64,000 nucleotides of DNA from a virus (lineage: Duplodnaviria; Heunggongvirae; Uroviricota; Caudoviricetes). Position 1 is the first letter of the stretch. Every line of letters begins with the position of its first letter. Position numbers and translations under genes: made by a program. Positions 20,106 to 34,400 of this stretch are shown here, piece by piece. The stretch lies in the IMG/VR virus record IMGVR_UViG_3300021399_000097. The stretch is one strand, 5' to 3'. Under the pieces are notes generated by a model that was not told the origin of the DNA, did not search any database, and saw nothing but the letters and a program-made list of their open reading frames with translations.

Positions 20106-23100
20106 ATGGCAAAAGCATTAAATGTTAGTTTAGCAGTAACTGCCGATACCGGTCAGGCTAAAGCGGCGTTACAATAGTTATAGCAACAATTAACTCAATT
20201 AACAGCGAGTACTAAAAATATTTCTTTTGGCGGTTCTTTAAAACAAGGCGCTGATGAAGCAATAAAATCTGTTGCTCAATTACAAACAATGCTTAAAACT
20301 TCTACTAATACAATGACAGGTAATTTAGATTTAACTAAATTTAATTAGTAGATTAAAGCTAGTGGGATGTCATTAAGTGATTATAAATAGTAGTTATCAT
20401 TAATGGGGACTGCTGGTAATAAAGCTTTTGCACAATTAGCTAATTCTATTTCATAGGCTGAAATCCCTATTCGTCGTTCTAGCGCAGCTTTAAAAGAAAT
20501 GGGGACAGTTTTATAGAATACAATTCGTTGGCAGTTGTCTTCAAGTTTAATTCATGGCTTTATGGGGACAATGCAACATGCTTTAAGTTATGCACAAGAT
20601 TTAAATGAATCATTAAATAAAATTCAAATTGTTACTCAAGCCAGTGATGAACATATGGCTAATTTTGCAAAAAGTGCAAATGAGGCTGCTAAGAGATTAA
20701 GCACAACAACAACAACTTATACTGATGCTTCTTTAATCTACTACCAATAGGGTTTAAGTGATAAAGAAGTTGCAGAACGTACTGAAGTTACTATTAAAAT
20801 GGCTAATGCTGCAGGAGTATCGGCGCAAAAAGTTTCTGACTAGATGACTGCAGTATGGAATAACTTTGATGATGGCTCTCATAGTCTTGAATATTATGCT
20901 GATGTTATGACAGCTCTTGGTGCTGCCACTGCATCTAGTACAGATGAAATCTCAACTGGTTTATCAAAATTTGCCTCAGTAGCTGATACTGTTGGTTTAA
21001 GTTATGAAAATGCTGCGGCTGCATTAGCAACTATTACTGCTACAACTCGTAACAGTGCTGATACTGTTGGTACTGGTTTAAGAACTTTATTCTCTCGTTT
21101 ACAGAGTGTTAAACTTGGTGAAACATTAGAAGATGGTGTTGATTTAACTAAGTATTCAGCCGCCATTGCTACAATGGGAGTTAACATTCTTGATGTAAAC
21201 GGCGAACTTAAATCAATGGATTAGATTATTGATGAAATGGGAGCTAAATGGCAGTATTTAAATAATACATAGAAAACTGCTATTGCTCAAACTGTTGGTG
21301 GTGTTCGTCAATATACTAATTTAATTGCATTATTAGATAATTATGACTTTTATAAATAGAATCAATAGATTGCTTTAAATAGTGAAGGTACTGTACAACA
21401 ATAGGCTGATATTTATGCTAAAAGTTGGGAAGCAGCATAGAAACGTGTTAAAGCCTCTGCTGAGAGTATTTATTCAGATTTATTAAATGATGATTTCTTT
21501 ATTGAAATGAATAATGCTTTAGCTAATACCTTAGATTATATACATGATGTTATTGAAGGTTTTGGTGGATTAAAAGGAGTCTTATTAACAATTGGTACGA
21601 TTGCTAGTACTTCTTTATAGGGAACTTTAGCAAAGGGTTTAACTAATATTGCCTATGATTTAAAAACATTAACTCCTAAAGGACGTCAAGAAGTTTATGA
21701 TTTACGAGCCGAAGGAGCTAAATAGCTTGCTAATATTGGCGGTCCAATGGGAGCTGTTTATGCATAGCAAGGAAAAGCCCAAGCTACATATGCTGAAGTT
21801 GCTCCAAGATTAACTGCTGAGCAATAGATGATGGCTTAGTTTATGATGCAATAGCAAGCTGAATAGATTAAAGATGTTGAACGAGCAAATGATTAGCTAA
21901 AAAAAGTTAGATTAGATAATGGTAGGAAGATGTCTAATACAGCTAAAGATTACCGTACTGCAACTGGTAATATTTAGGGATATGGTAATATAAAAAGTTT
22001 AGCTGAAACATTAGGAAAAAGCGAAGGACGTATTGAATCATTCTTTAACTCTTTTGGTGAAGCTCCTGAAAATGTAGACTAGGTTAAAACAGCTATTGAA
22101 GGATTAAAATTATCTTTAGAAGATTTTGGAAATATTTCAGATACTGCTAAGCAAGGATTTGAAGAATTATAGTAGGCAATGGCAGATTATGAAAAAGGTC
22201 CTTCTGATGCCGCTTTAGCAACAGTTAAAGATAAATTTTAGTCATTAGCTAATATATTTTATAACGATGATGGATCTTTTTAGGAAGATAAATTTAAAAA
22301 TTTACTTCAACAATTAGGCATAGATTTAGATAATAGTGATGTAGCTGAAGTATTTGATAAAATAAAAAATGGAGCACGTGAAGTAGGAGAAGCAGAAGGA
22401 GAAGCTGCGATTCGTAGTAAACAATTAGAAGCTTCTACTGATTCTTTAACTCAAAAAATGAGGCAACTTGCTAATACTAATTATAGCGTAGCAGATACTC
22501 TTGTTGCTTTTGGTAATTTAGCAATGAGTATTATGATGGTTACTAATAATGTTAAACAAATGCACGATATTATGACAGATGATAGTATTGAAACATTTGG
22601 TGAAAAATTAGCTTAGATTGCCCCTATAGCTCTAATGACTGGCATTCAGATAGGTAATATGTTTAAAAACCTTGGCCCATTATTATCTTTTGGTGGTAAA
22701 GTAGCTAGTACATTAATTCCCTCTTTAGCGGAAGTTATTTCACAAGGTGGTGGAATAGCTGCAGTATTGGCTTCATTAAGCGGATTGGCAGCAGTTCTTG
22801 CTCCTATAGCTGTAGTTATTGGATTGATTGTTAATTAGATGCAGCGAATAGATTCAACTGCTGATCGTATTAAAAGATTAAATAATGAATTAGATTCATC
22901 TAAAGAAGCTGCTAGTAATGCCAAAGCTGAGTATGATGATTTAATTTCTGCATTTGGTGCTTATGATGAAGCTATTAATAAAACAAGTGAGTTAACAGAA
23001 GGTACAAATGAATATGCTGCTGCTTTAGCAGATGCTAATGCTTAGGCTAGAGAATTAATTAAAAATTATGGATTATCATCTAGTGATTGGACATATGAAA

Positions 23101-26100
23101 ATGGTCAATATAAAATTACTGATGAGGCTCGTGAAAGATTAATCAATGGGGCAGATGAGAAAGTTTAGGCAACTCGTACAGCAGAAGCTGCCGCAGAAGT
23201 TAGAGCAGAATTTGGTAATGTATTTGAAAACTTCAGATTGCTAACTAATATGTATGAGCAATAGCAAATAGGATTATAGGAAGCAAGGTAGCAAGGACGA
23301 ACTCCTATTACAGCAGATTAGGCAGCTAATGCAGCAAGTGCTTTAGGTTTTGCATCTTATAAAGATTTTGCTCAAGCTTATGCTACAGAAGGAACAGATC
23401 TTTTAACTGGATTACTAGCTAATTCTACCCATTTTGACTCTGCAATAAAAGATTATATTTTACAAGCTTTTTCTAATGCTACTGGAGACCCAGACTCAAT
23501 TGCAGCTTTAGCAAATATTTATGGGAAAAATTCAGTTGATTTATTCTCAGAAATGATGCAAACTATAGACCAAGAAGGATATACAAAATTTGGTTGGTTA
23601 GATGCATTTTTAGAAAAAGATAAAACGGCAATTGAAGATTACCAAGAAGCATTTAAAGATTTAGATGAAGAAGCTTATAATAATTTTTTAAATAGTGATA
23701 AATGGAAAGAAGCATCAAGTGATGCTGAGAGATTAGAAGTAATATAGACTGAATATCGTATCCTTTAGATGCAAAAAGGTATTCAACAAAAAGTTGACAG
23801 TGATTTAGCGAAATATTCTAATCTTTTAGATAAGGCTGGAAGATTTAGATAGATGTCTGCAGAAGAACGGTAGTAGACAATTAGTGATATGCAAAGTACA
23901 GCCTCTACTGATTCAACTTATCTTGCAATATTAGAATAGTTAAGTAATCAATATGAAACTACTGGTAATAATTTAGCTTAGGCAATTGGGTCTAATAGCA
24001 ATTATGTATTAAATGAAGAAACTTCTAAGGCATTATTTAAAAATATGTCACTAGAAGAAATTAACGGTGTAGCAGATATTGTTAGTAAATTTGGTTCATC
24101 ATTTGGCAGAAATGCTACCACTGATCTAACATCATAGTTATTTGAACAATTAACTAATAATGATAGAACTTTATTAAATGAATTAAAAGAAGTTAGTTTA
24201 ACTGGTGATAGAATTACTGATTATGCCTCAATGCGAAAAATAGGGGAAAGATCAAATTCTCAAAGCGTACAAAAAGCAATAAATGAACTTATTAATACTA
24301 GCATGGCTGAATAGGGTGGAAAAGCCGGTTTATTTGAAGAACTTTATGGTAGTGAAAACTTTAAAGATAATTTAAAAGCTATTCAAAAACAATTTAAGAA
24401 AACAGGTAAAATTGGTGGAGATGCTATTGAAGGCATGGCTGAATCTTCAGAATATTTATCTGATTTCTTAGAGTCTTCTGGCATGAATGCAGAAACTCTT
24501 GCCGACATTCTTAATTCTATTGAAACAGGAAATATTGGAATTGATTAGTTATCAGATTAGTTAATTGATGCTTTTAGTGCGGCCTCTGCCTTAGAAAATA
24601 GTTTAGCTTAGACCTTTTCATATATTGATAATTTTTAGCAAGAACGTAGCGTTCGTGATATAGGAAAGTTTTATAAAGGGTTATCTGATAGTGTCAAAGA
24701 AGGCTGGGAATCTGGAATGCTTCTTGACCCATAGCTTACACAAGCTTGGGGAGAGATGTTTGGAACTAAAAGTTTAGCAGAATATAGACGAGCTGTTTAG
24801 GAATTAACTGATGATACTAATAGGTCTTCTGAAGAAATATCAAAAGCTTTAAATTCTTAGTTTGCTGATGAAGTTGCTGCAATGCAAAGTATTCAAAAAT
24901 ATGGCGATTTAAGTGGTATGTTTGAATACTATGATAAAAAAGGCGGCTTTAGCGATATGTTCTCTTTCAAGAATGGACAAGTAGTTGCTGCAGATATTGA
25001 AAAATTAGTAGCAAATAATTGGGATTCTATTGAAGGATTTATCTCTGAACTACAAGAACGTGGTGTTGAAGAGCATATGGCCCGTGCTATGGCAAACGAA
25101 TATGCTGCTACTAATGGCACCATAAATAAATTATGGAGAAGTACTGCTGCTAGAGAAGGCTTAGATATTCTTACAGGAACTGACAATGGAGAAAAAGTAG
25201 TTACAACTGCTGAATTAAAAGCTTTCTATAATGAGTATTCTGATATTTTATCTGATATGTATGGCTTTACTCCAGATGAAAATGGGTTTAAAGCTTTCAT
25301 GGAACAGATGAAAGGAGAACTCAGCGAAAGCGGTAAGGTATTAGCAGATTTAGGTTCTGATTTTGATTATGCTAAAGCTAGTCTAGCAAGCTTAACAAAG
25401 GCTTTTGCTGATAATGGTGGCGATTTAAATAAATATTTAGAAGCTGCTATTGGTCCTTTAAAGGATGGAGAAGTTTATACAATAGATGAATTATCAGCAG
25501 CTTATGAAAGATTAGGTATCGCTGGAACATAGGCATATAAAATTATTGGAGAACAAATTACAGAATCTGGAAAAAGCTTCTAGGAATATGTTACTAAAGA
25601 TTTAGAGAATGCTTAGCTATAGTGGGAAGATTTTACAAATTATTTAGAAAGCAAACATATTGATGTAACTAAAGCTACTAATGAGTAGTTAGCTTCTGAA
25701 TTTGCACAATTTTTAGATAATTCATAGATTACTTCATAGATGGAAGCTTCTGCAAGGTCAATAGCTTCTGCTATTCAAGATGCTTTTGTTGACTTATTTG
25801 AATCATTACAAATTACTTTTGATGGGCATACTTTTGAAATAACTATTGATAAAGATAAGCTTGCAAAAGATGCTACAGAAGCAGCCTAGAAAGGTTTAAA
25901 TAATGTTGAAGTTAATGCTGCATAGAATAAAGATTCTTCTGCGCATGCTTTTATAGAATAGGAAAGAGAAAATACTTTATAGCGCTCATTAGAACAAGAA
26001 GCTGGACTATCAGTAAAACTTGATGAAGCTTTTGCTGAAGAAATAGCTGCTTTAGAATCAACACGTTCTGATTCATTGGCAGAAATTGCTGATGCCTTAG

Positions 26101-29100
26101 CAGATTTAGAGACTGCTAAAGCGGATGCAATTTCTGGTATCGCAGAAACAGTTGCTACAGCTAGAGCAGAATTAGCAGAAGCATCATAGTTAACAAAAGA
26201 TGCTATAACTGCGCTGAATGAAGGAAATACAAAAGAAGCTGAAGCATTATTAGCTTAGGCTGAAACTCATGCCGCTGCAGCAAAAGAAGCTGCTAATAAT
26301 GCTAAAGCTGCAGCTGATGAAGCTAAAGCAGCTTAGTAGGAAGTAGCTCAAGAAGTAGCTAAGGCAGCTTAGGAAACAGCACAAGCAGCTGAATCTAAAG
26401 TTGCTGAAATGGAAAATATGATTAGTAGCCTTGAAGCAGAAAATCAAAACTATGTTAGTTTACTTCAAGAAGCTAGTGATACTGCCCAAGCGGCAATAAA
26501 AGCAGCAGGAGAAGCTGCTACTGCTGCAACAGAAGGTAATTTAGCAGCTGCAGAAGAAGCAGCCGCAAGAGCAGAAGAAGCAGCTGCAAGAGCAGAGGGT
26601 ATAGTTGCAACTATTCAAAGTAAAGTAGACGGTTAGATGACTTTTGAGGGAGAAACTCCTACTTATACTAAAGAAGAATAGCAAGGTTTTACTAAAAATG
26701 CTTGGGGAGAATTAAAACAAGATTTTCAAAATATTTTTCAAGGAATTAGTGATGCATTAGTTCCTCCTGCTTATGGTGATGAATTAACTGAAGCAGAACA
26801 ACAAATGAATTAGCTTGGTGAAACGGCTAATACTGTTGCTAATGATATTAATGGAAATCCTATCCATAATGAAGTAGATAATACTGCTATTGAAGATTCA
26901 ATTGATGCTCTTGAACGTTTAGGTGAAGCTAGAAATTAGTTAGGCCAAGAAGCAGAAGCTAATCCTGTCCAATTGCATGCATCTGCAGATGTAAATGATC
27001 CAGATAAGGCACCAGGTGTATATGAATCATATGGTTTAGACTATCCAGATGCTGTTAATGAAATAGCAAAGAATACAGAAAAAACAGCTGAAAATGTTGA
27101 AAAACAAACGAATTAGGATGCAAGTTAGTTTAGAGAAGAGAATCGTGTTGTTGATTCAAGTAGCGAAGGTGGAAAACCACAAGGAAAAGCTGAAGCAACT
27201 TCTATTACAGAAAAAGATTTTGTTGCTGCACTACGGGCTGCTGGAATAACAGATAAGGATTCTTATGAAAAAGCGCGTGAAACAGCAGAATCTAAAGGAT
27301 TAGCAGAATTGCCTTATGAGATAGCTAGTGCTATGGAGACAGTTATCCAAAAAACTGGGTCATTGCCAACAGCAGAACGAGTATCTCAAGTTTAGACTCA
27401 ATAGGTTGAAACAGAAGCAAGAGTAAGAGCAAAATTTGAAGAAATTGATACATCTGCAATTGAAAATCAAGAAATCCCTGTTGTTTTAACAGCAATGGAA
27501 GTTGTCAATGAAAATGAAGAAGATACATAGGTTGAAGCTGAAATGTATGTATAGACTTCTAATATTGATGAAGCTCGTGCAGAGATTGAAGATTTAGGTG
27601 GATAGATTCTTGAAGAAACTGTTGATGGGGATATTACTCGTTTAAAAGTTGCAATTGATGGATAGAATGCTAGATAGTTAATTGCTTACGTTGGCGGTGA
27701 TGTCAGTGCTTTAGCAGGAGCTATTGGTAGCCAAGATGGTCGTCATATTACTGTTACTGTTGATTATGAAGAAGGAGATACCTCTGGATTAGAAAAAGCA
27801 GAAGGTAGTGCGTCTGGTCGTAATAATGGCAATGGTAGATTCGCCACTGGTAAACATTTAGGTAATAAATATCAAGGACTTGCTGAAGTTGGTGAACTTG
27901 GTCCTGAACTTATGCTTCATCGCGGAATGCCTTTCCTTGCTGGTGTCAATGGACGTACTGTTGCTTATGTTGAACCAGATGATGAAATCTATACTGCAGC
28001 ACAAACTAAACGTATTCTTGAAAATAATCCAACTTTGTAGGATTTACCAGGCTTTTCTGTTGGTTATAATCGTGTCACTTGGGGTAACTCTGGTGGCGGT
28101 GGAGGATATGGCTCTGGTGCTAAATCTTCTAATAAAAAATCAGCAAAGTTTGACCCAGAACGTTATCACTTAATTTCTCGTTAGATAGACGATATTAATC
28201 GTCGTTATGAACGTTTAGATAAGATATCTGATAAAGCTTTTGGTAAAAATAAAGTTAAAGCAATTCAAGATATTATTGATGTTACTGATGATTTAATTGC
28301 AGCACAAGAATAGTTAATTAGTGAAGCTAATGCTTATGTAAACCAAGACTTAGCGACATTAAGAGCATATGGTGTTCCTGTTACATTGGATGAACATGGC
28401 AACTTACAAAACTTTGAACAATTACAAGAGATGTATGGTCGCCCTGCTACTGAAGCAGAAGATAATAATCAAAAAGAATATTATCAAACTATTTGGAAAG
28501 CTATTTAGCAATATGAAGAGTCAGTAGATAAATTAAATGAAGCTTATGAAAAATATGATGATTTAATTTATCAACTTGCTGAATTAGAATTAGAACAATT
28601 CACAGCAAGAGTAGAAATGAAAATTGATTATGATGATAAATCATTAAAATTATTAGACCATTATATTGATAAAATTAATGATGACATTTATAAAACTGCA
28701 GAAGTATTTGAGTTAACTGAATCTAAATTAAATACTAATTTACATAAGCTTGATAGTTATTATGATGGTATTGAAAAGATTATGATGACACTGCATGACC
28801 AAGATGGTAATCTTATTAAAGGCATGAGTCTTGATAAGTTCCTTGGTTTAACAGATGCACAACGTGATGCTTTAAGAGTTTCTTCTGAGGATATGGAAGC
28901 AATTGCAGATTACCTTGAAGAAATGGTTGATGTTATGGAAGAAATGGATGATGAAAAACTTGATTGGACTGAAAAGCTCTCTCAAGCCTTTGACGAACTT
29001 AATGAAAAAGTTGAGAATGGATTGAATCTGTTTGACCATTATCAATCATTGCTTGAAAACCTTTCTAATATTAGTGATTTAATGGGAACTGGTATTACAC

Positions 29101-31004
29101 CACAATCTCGTAAATTACTTAAAGACTTAAATATTGGTTTATTAAGAAATACTCAAAATAGTATGATTGCAGCTAAAGATTATTTAGATAGTTTAGAACA
29201 AGCAGCTGCGCAAACAAAATGGCTAGTTATGAATGAATCTGATACCGAATTAAAGCAAGCTTATCAAGAATAGTTAGACGAAATTGAAGGTATGATTCGT
29301 GATACTCAAGAAAATATTCTTTCCTATTGGGAGACAATGTTAGAAATGGCATAGGATATGTATACTAATGCTATTGATTAGGCATTGCAAGATTACGAAC
29401 GTAGCTTTGCTGGTTTATATGTAACTCTTGATAGAATGGGTGAAGCATATGATAGACGTAAAGAGATTCAATCTCAATATGTTGAAGATTATGAAAAATA
29501 TTATTAGCTCAGTAAACTAGACAGAGATATTGTAAAAACAATAGATGAACTAGCAGCAAATGCTTCAAAACACAGCAAAAACTTGACAGATTTACTTAAT
29601 GAAGTTAGAGAACTCCAAAAGAATGGATAGAAGTTAAGTGAATATGATATTGAAGTTCTTGAGAAGAAATATGAATTAGAAAAAGCAAGAGCTGAATTAG
29701 AAGAAGCCCGAGAAGCAAAAACAACTGTGCGCTTATAGCGTAATCGTGATGGGTCTTGGGGTTATGTATATACTGCTGATGAAGATAAAATTAGTGAATT
29801 AGAAGCTAATTTAGAAGAGGCCATTTATAATTATTAGAAGTTGAATGATGAATAGATTCATAGACTTCAAGATAATATGGCTGACTTTGTTAAGACAATG
29901 CATGATGCTGTTAATGATATTATGTCAGATACAACAACTACTTATGAAGAAAAGATGTTCCAATTACAAGAATTGAATAAAGACTTCATATCACAACAAG
30001 GCTATTTATTTAGTGAAATAAATAAAGCTATGAATAATCAAGGTAGTACATATAGCCGCGCATTAGATATTTATAAAGGTAAAACTTCTGAATTAGGTGA
30101 TGCTTTTGTTGATTTAGAAGATACCTTTGCTGAGACTGTATTGGCGCAAATCTTAGGTGTTGAAAATCTTGATGTTTATAAGAGTGAAATGACAGATAAC
30201 TGGAATGAATTACTTGATACAACAAAAGAAGCTTTAGATGAATATCAAGCAAGAGTAGATGATATAAATAAGACCGCCGGCACTACTACTAAAAACTTCT
30301 ATGATGATGCTACAAAATGGATTGAAGCTATTGGTAAGACAAGTGGCGAAACAACTTCTGATGTTTAGAAACTTGGTGATGAATTAAGCACTTAGTTCAA
30401 ACGTATCGCAGAAGAAGCTAAAGACTTTGCAGCAATGTGGAAAGAAAAAATGAGAGAAGTTACTGAATATACTGAACCATTTGTTACTTAGTTAACAAGT
30501 ATTTTAGGTATTATGAATGATGCTTATGATGCTTTTGGAATTGCGGACGGCACCGCAGGACAGGTTTATGCTGATAGAATTGTTGGAAGCGGACGTAATA
30601 ATAACGGTAATATTACAGCCTCTGATAATGGGCCAGCATCTGTATATAATCCATATGCAGACATTGAAGCATAGTATTTAGCATTGCAACAATAGTTGGA
30701 AGACTAGTATGCCGCATATTAGAATGAAATTTTGAATTATTATAACGATGTTCAAAATAACATTGCAGCTGCTCTTGGTGATTTAACAAATAACTGGAAC
30801 TCAATTTTAAATACATAGAGTTCATTAATGGGTTATGGTTTAAATACTACACCTAATTTAGCAGGGCTTATGGGTCTTGACAGTGGGTGGAACTAGAATA
30901 TTAATATTGCCGCTGACTTCCCAGGCGTCACTAGTTCGTTTGAGATTGAGGAAGCATTTAATAACTTAGTTAATAAAGCTACTCAATATGCTAATAGATG
31001 GTAA
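20106..31004 (+). CDS. Tape measure protein, 3632 aa (many TAG=Gln)
   Basis: All plus-strand TMP fragments in the ORF track share this frame; TP901-type core (GLSYENAAAALATI, AQTVGGVRQYTNLIALLDN), FATG..EVGELGPEL motif, C-terminal NINIAADFPGVTS. Segments read by hand showed no TAA/TGA; not every codon was checked. Confidence 0.9.
26550..26597 (+). repeat. 21-nt tandem repeat (AEEAAAR x2 plus partial) inside the tape measure gene
   Basis: GCAGAAGAAGCAGCCGCAAGA followed by GCAGAAGAAGCAGCTGCAAGA, then GCAGAG. Confidence 0.8.
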
Positions 31005-31007
31005 TTT

Positions 31008-31044
31008 AAAAAGGATAGATTTTAATAAATCTATCCTTTTTTTT
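31008..31044 (+). terminator. Rho-independent terminator after the tape measure gene
   Basis: AAAAAGGATAGATTT / AAATCTATCCTTTTT stem plus T-run. Confidence 0.85.
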
Positions 31045-31127
31045 ATTGGCCGAATATGGGCAATTTTGGTTATTTATTTTTTAACCTTATATAGAGATTT
31101 TTTAAGAGAAAAAGGAGAGATGGTATT

Positions 31128-31424
31128 ATGGCTTTAACAAATATAGAAATGACAGAATAGCTTTTTGAAGCTATGGATGCCATAATTACAGAGAGGTTGC
31201 GCGCATTGCCTTATGATAGGACAATCGTAGCAACAATTACAGATAATACATAGGCTGCCCATTATAAATATAGAGTAACTACAGATGAAAATATTTAGTT
31301 TGATGCCTATTCTAGTATCACTACTTATCCAGTAGGGACAAGAGTATATGTGCGCATCCCGCAAGGAGACTATACTAAATAGAAAATGATTACTGATGTA
31401 TGGGTACCAATATATAATGAGTAA
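31128..31424 (+). CDS. 98-aa small tail-tip/baseplate-region protein, absent from the ORF track
   Basis: AAGGAG RBS; 4 TAGs read through; TAA stop. Confidence 0.7.
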
Positions 31425-31438
31425 AGGAGTAATATAGA

Positions 31439-34400
31439 ATGGCAACAAAATTATACCCTCCCTAGCTAGAAGGAACATTACCTGCCTTCTATAAAACTTA
31501 TGACGTTGAAAAGAAAACTGTATTGAAGGGCGCAAACATTACTATTCCTTTTGGAATGAATAGAGCCGTTAGCTAGGTTTCTATTGATGGTATGTTCTGC
31601 CGCATTAGAACTATGGCAACGAATACTTATATTGTTGCTAAAGAAACTCTTGCTCCTGACTGGACCAATTAGGTTGTTAATATCAATCTTGATGCTGAAG
31701 AAGCCTCAAAGATTAATGAAGGTCAGTACTATAAAGTGCAGTTGGCATTTATAGATGCCGCAGGAGTTGTTGGATACTTTTCTTCTATTGGCGTTATAAA
31801 ATGTGTCGCTAAACCAACTGTATCATTAGCTAACTTTAATACTTATGATACTAACCAATATAATAATGAATTTGTTGGGGTTTATTAGCAAGATACTACC
31901 TATGGTGATAGTACTGAAAAAGTTTATTCTTATGAGTTTAATTTATGGGATAGTGATAATAACTTATTAGCTACTTCTGGAGTACAAGTGCATGATAGCA
32001 CACAAGACGTATCTAGCTATGCATCACGAGATATTTTTAGAACTTATAAAATTATTCCAGATGGTACAATGGGTTATATCCAATATACTGTCACTACTTT
32101 AAACAATTTAACCATATCAAGTCCAAAATATTAGGTTATGAAAAGCGTATCCGTTGACCCAGAAAGACCTATTAAAATAATTGCTGAAGCTAATTTTGAA
32201 GATGGATATGTTTTATTATCTTTGGAAGGTGAAACAGTATAGGATATTAGTGGAGTCTGGCATGAAGCTGGTTGTACTGGTACTTTTATTATTACAAGAG
32301 GTTCAGATTAGGATAATTGGATTGAATGGGAAGAAATTACACGATTCGTAATTGCTTCTGGTTATCCGTCATCTTATTCATTTAAAGATTTTACTGTATA
32401 GCAGGGAATTAACTATAGATATGCTATTCAATAGTACAATATGAATGGTATTTATTCTAATCGTATATTAAGTAAGAACCATCATAAAGGTGATTTACCA
32501 ACTGCTTTATATGATGAACCTACTTTAGCAGATTTTGAAGATATGTATTTATATGATGGAAAACGTCAATTAAAGATTAGATTTAATCCAAAAGTTGATA
32601 GTTTTAAAAATACAATTCCTGAATAGAAAATTGAAACTATTGGTAGTAAATATCCATTTATTTTTAGAAATGGTAATGTTTGTTATAAAGAGTTTCCAAT
32701 AGCAGGATTAATTACTTTCTAGGAAGATGAATCTACTTTATTCTTAGATGATGAAGAACTGCGGCAGGCAGGTATTTTAGAACAAGAAGCTTTTAGAACT
32801 CATAGTGGTTTCTATCCATCTTCTAAAAAGCATATTGTTGAATAGAATTACAATTCATTTGTTGAAAAAACAGAATTGCGCGACCCGGTTACTGGGGCTA
32901 TTTTATATGACCCACGTACACATGAAAAATTATATAAATATACTTATAGATATGAAAGAAAAACTGGTAATGAGCCAACTCAAATTGTAACAGTAGATTA
33001 CAATGATGCTGGAGATGCTAATGTTGAATCTGGGTCCTATTATGAAGATAAAATTGTTAGAATGAATAAAGACTTAACAAGTGAAAACATAATGGGAGAA
33101 CGTTATTTTAAATTAAAAGTTCTTGATTGGCTTACAGATGGTAATGTAAAATTATTCCGTTCACCAAGTGAAGGAAATTATCTCGTAAGATTATTAAACG
33201 TATCCATGAAACCGCAAGATTCATTAGGTCGTATGATACATGATTTTTCTTGCGTTGGATATGAAATTGCAGAATTGACTTATGATAACTTAGTTACTTA
33301 TGGAATCGTTAATAATAGTACACCAACCTTGATGGAAACTCATTGGAGTTCAATTGATTTGCCTGGTTTATTGATTGATAAAGAACCAGATACTTGGGTA
33401 GAAATTCCAACAGATGGAGTTGGCATTACTGATTTTAGTTTAACTGGATTTGCGCCCGGTGATAAAGTAAAAATTGTATTCGCCGATGATGTTGAAGCTA
33501 ACTCTGTTATTATGACTATTGGTACTACTGGTACTTTTAATTATTCTTATGATGATAGAACTATTGCTTCTATTTATATTATGAAAAATCCAGAAGCTTT
33601 TGGTGATTTTGATAGAAATATAGTATTTGCGCATCCTGGTATTTTAACTACTAATTTTGATGAAATTGCTATATTAAACTCTCATACTTAGGTCGCAGAA
33701 GAGTTTGTCGGGCCTAAAGAAAATCTATTAGCTGATTATGATCTTTGCGCTTTAGCTGCTTAGTATGAATCTCCTCCAACATTATAGTTGCAAGGTGAAG
33801 AAATATTAAAAAAGAACTTATACGATTAGAATAATATTAACTATTGTTTAGGTAGTAGTGATAAAATTAAATGCACGAAGGTAGAGATTTTAAATGTGCG
33901 TAAGCGTCCTGCTATTCCTATTTATGCAACTGAAGACTTATTGTATGATACAGTGGCAGGCACATTTAAAACTAAACCAACAACTAAATATGCAGTTACT
34001 CCGTTTGGCATTGGTTATGTTAATTATAAGATGATTACAGAGCCTGGCCGGCAAGCGAACACTATGTAGATTATATAGACTACAGATGTTGTTCCTGTTG
34101 GCAATAAGGTCAATGCTTTAGATGTTGAAGAATTACGCAAGGCTCCTGATTAGTTCTTATATTACGACCAGAATCGTGTAGTGGTAAATGGATTTACTAT
34201 TTTTAAAGTATATTTACCATAGCGAGATGGAGATAAATATATTTGGGTAGAAAGTGATTAGGCTGGCGCCAAGTACTATGATACATTTACAGGTGCTTGG
34301 TGGGAAGGCGATGAAGAATATGACCCAACATTTAGTATTAACTCATTAGAAGTAATGCCTAAAATGCAAAAGCCAAAATCTGATGATGAATTAATGGCTG

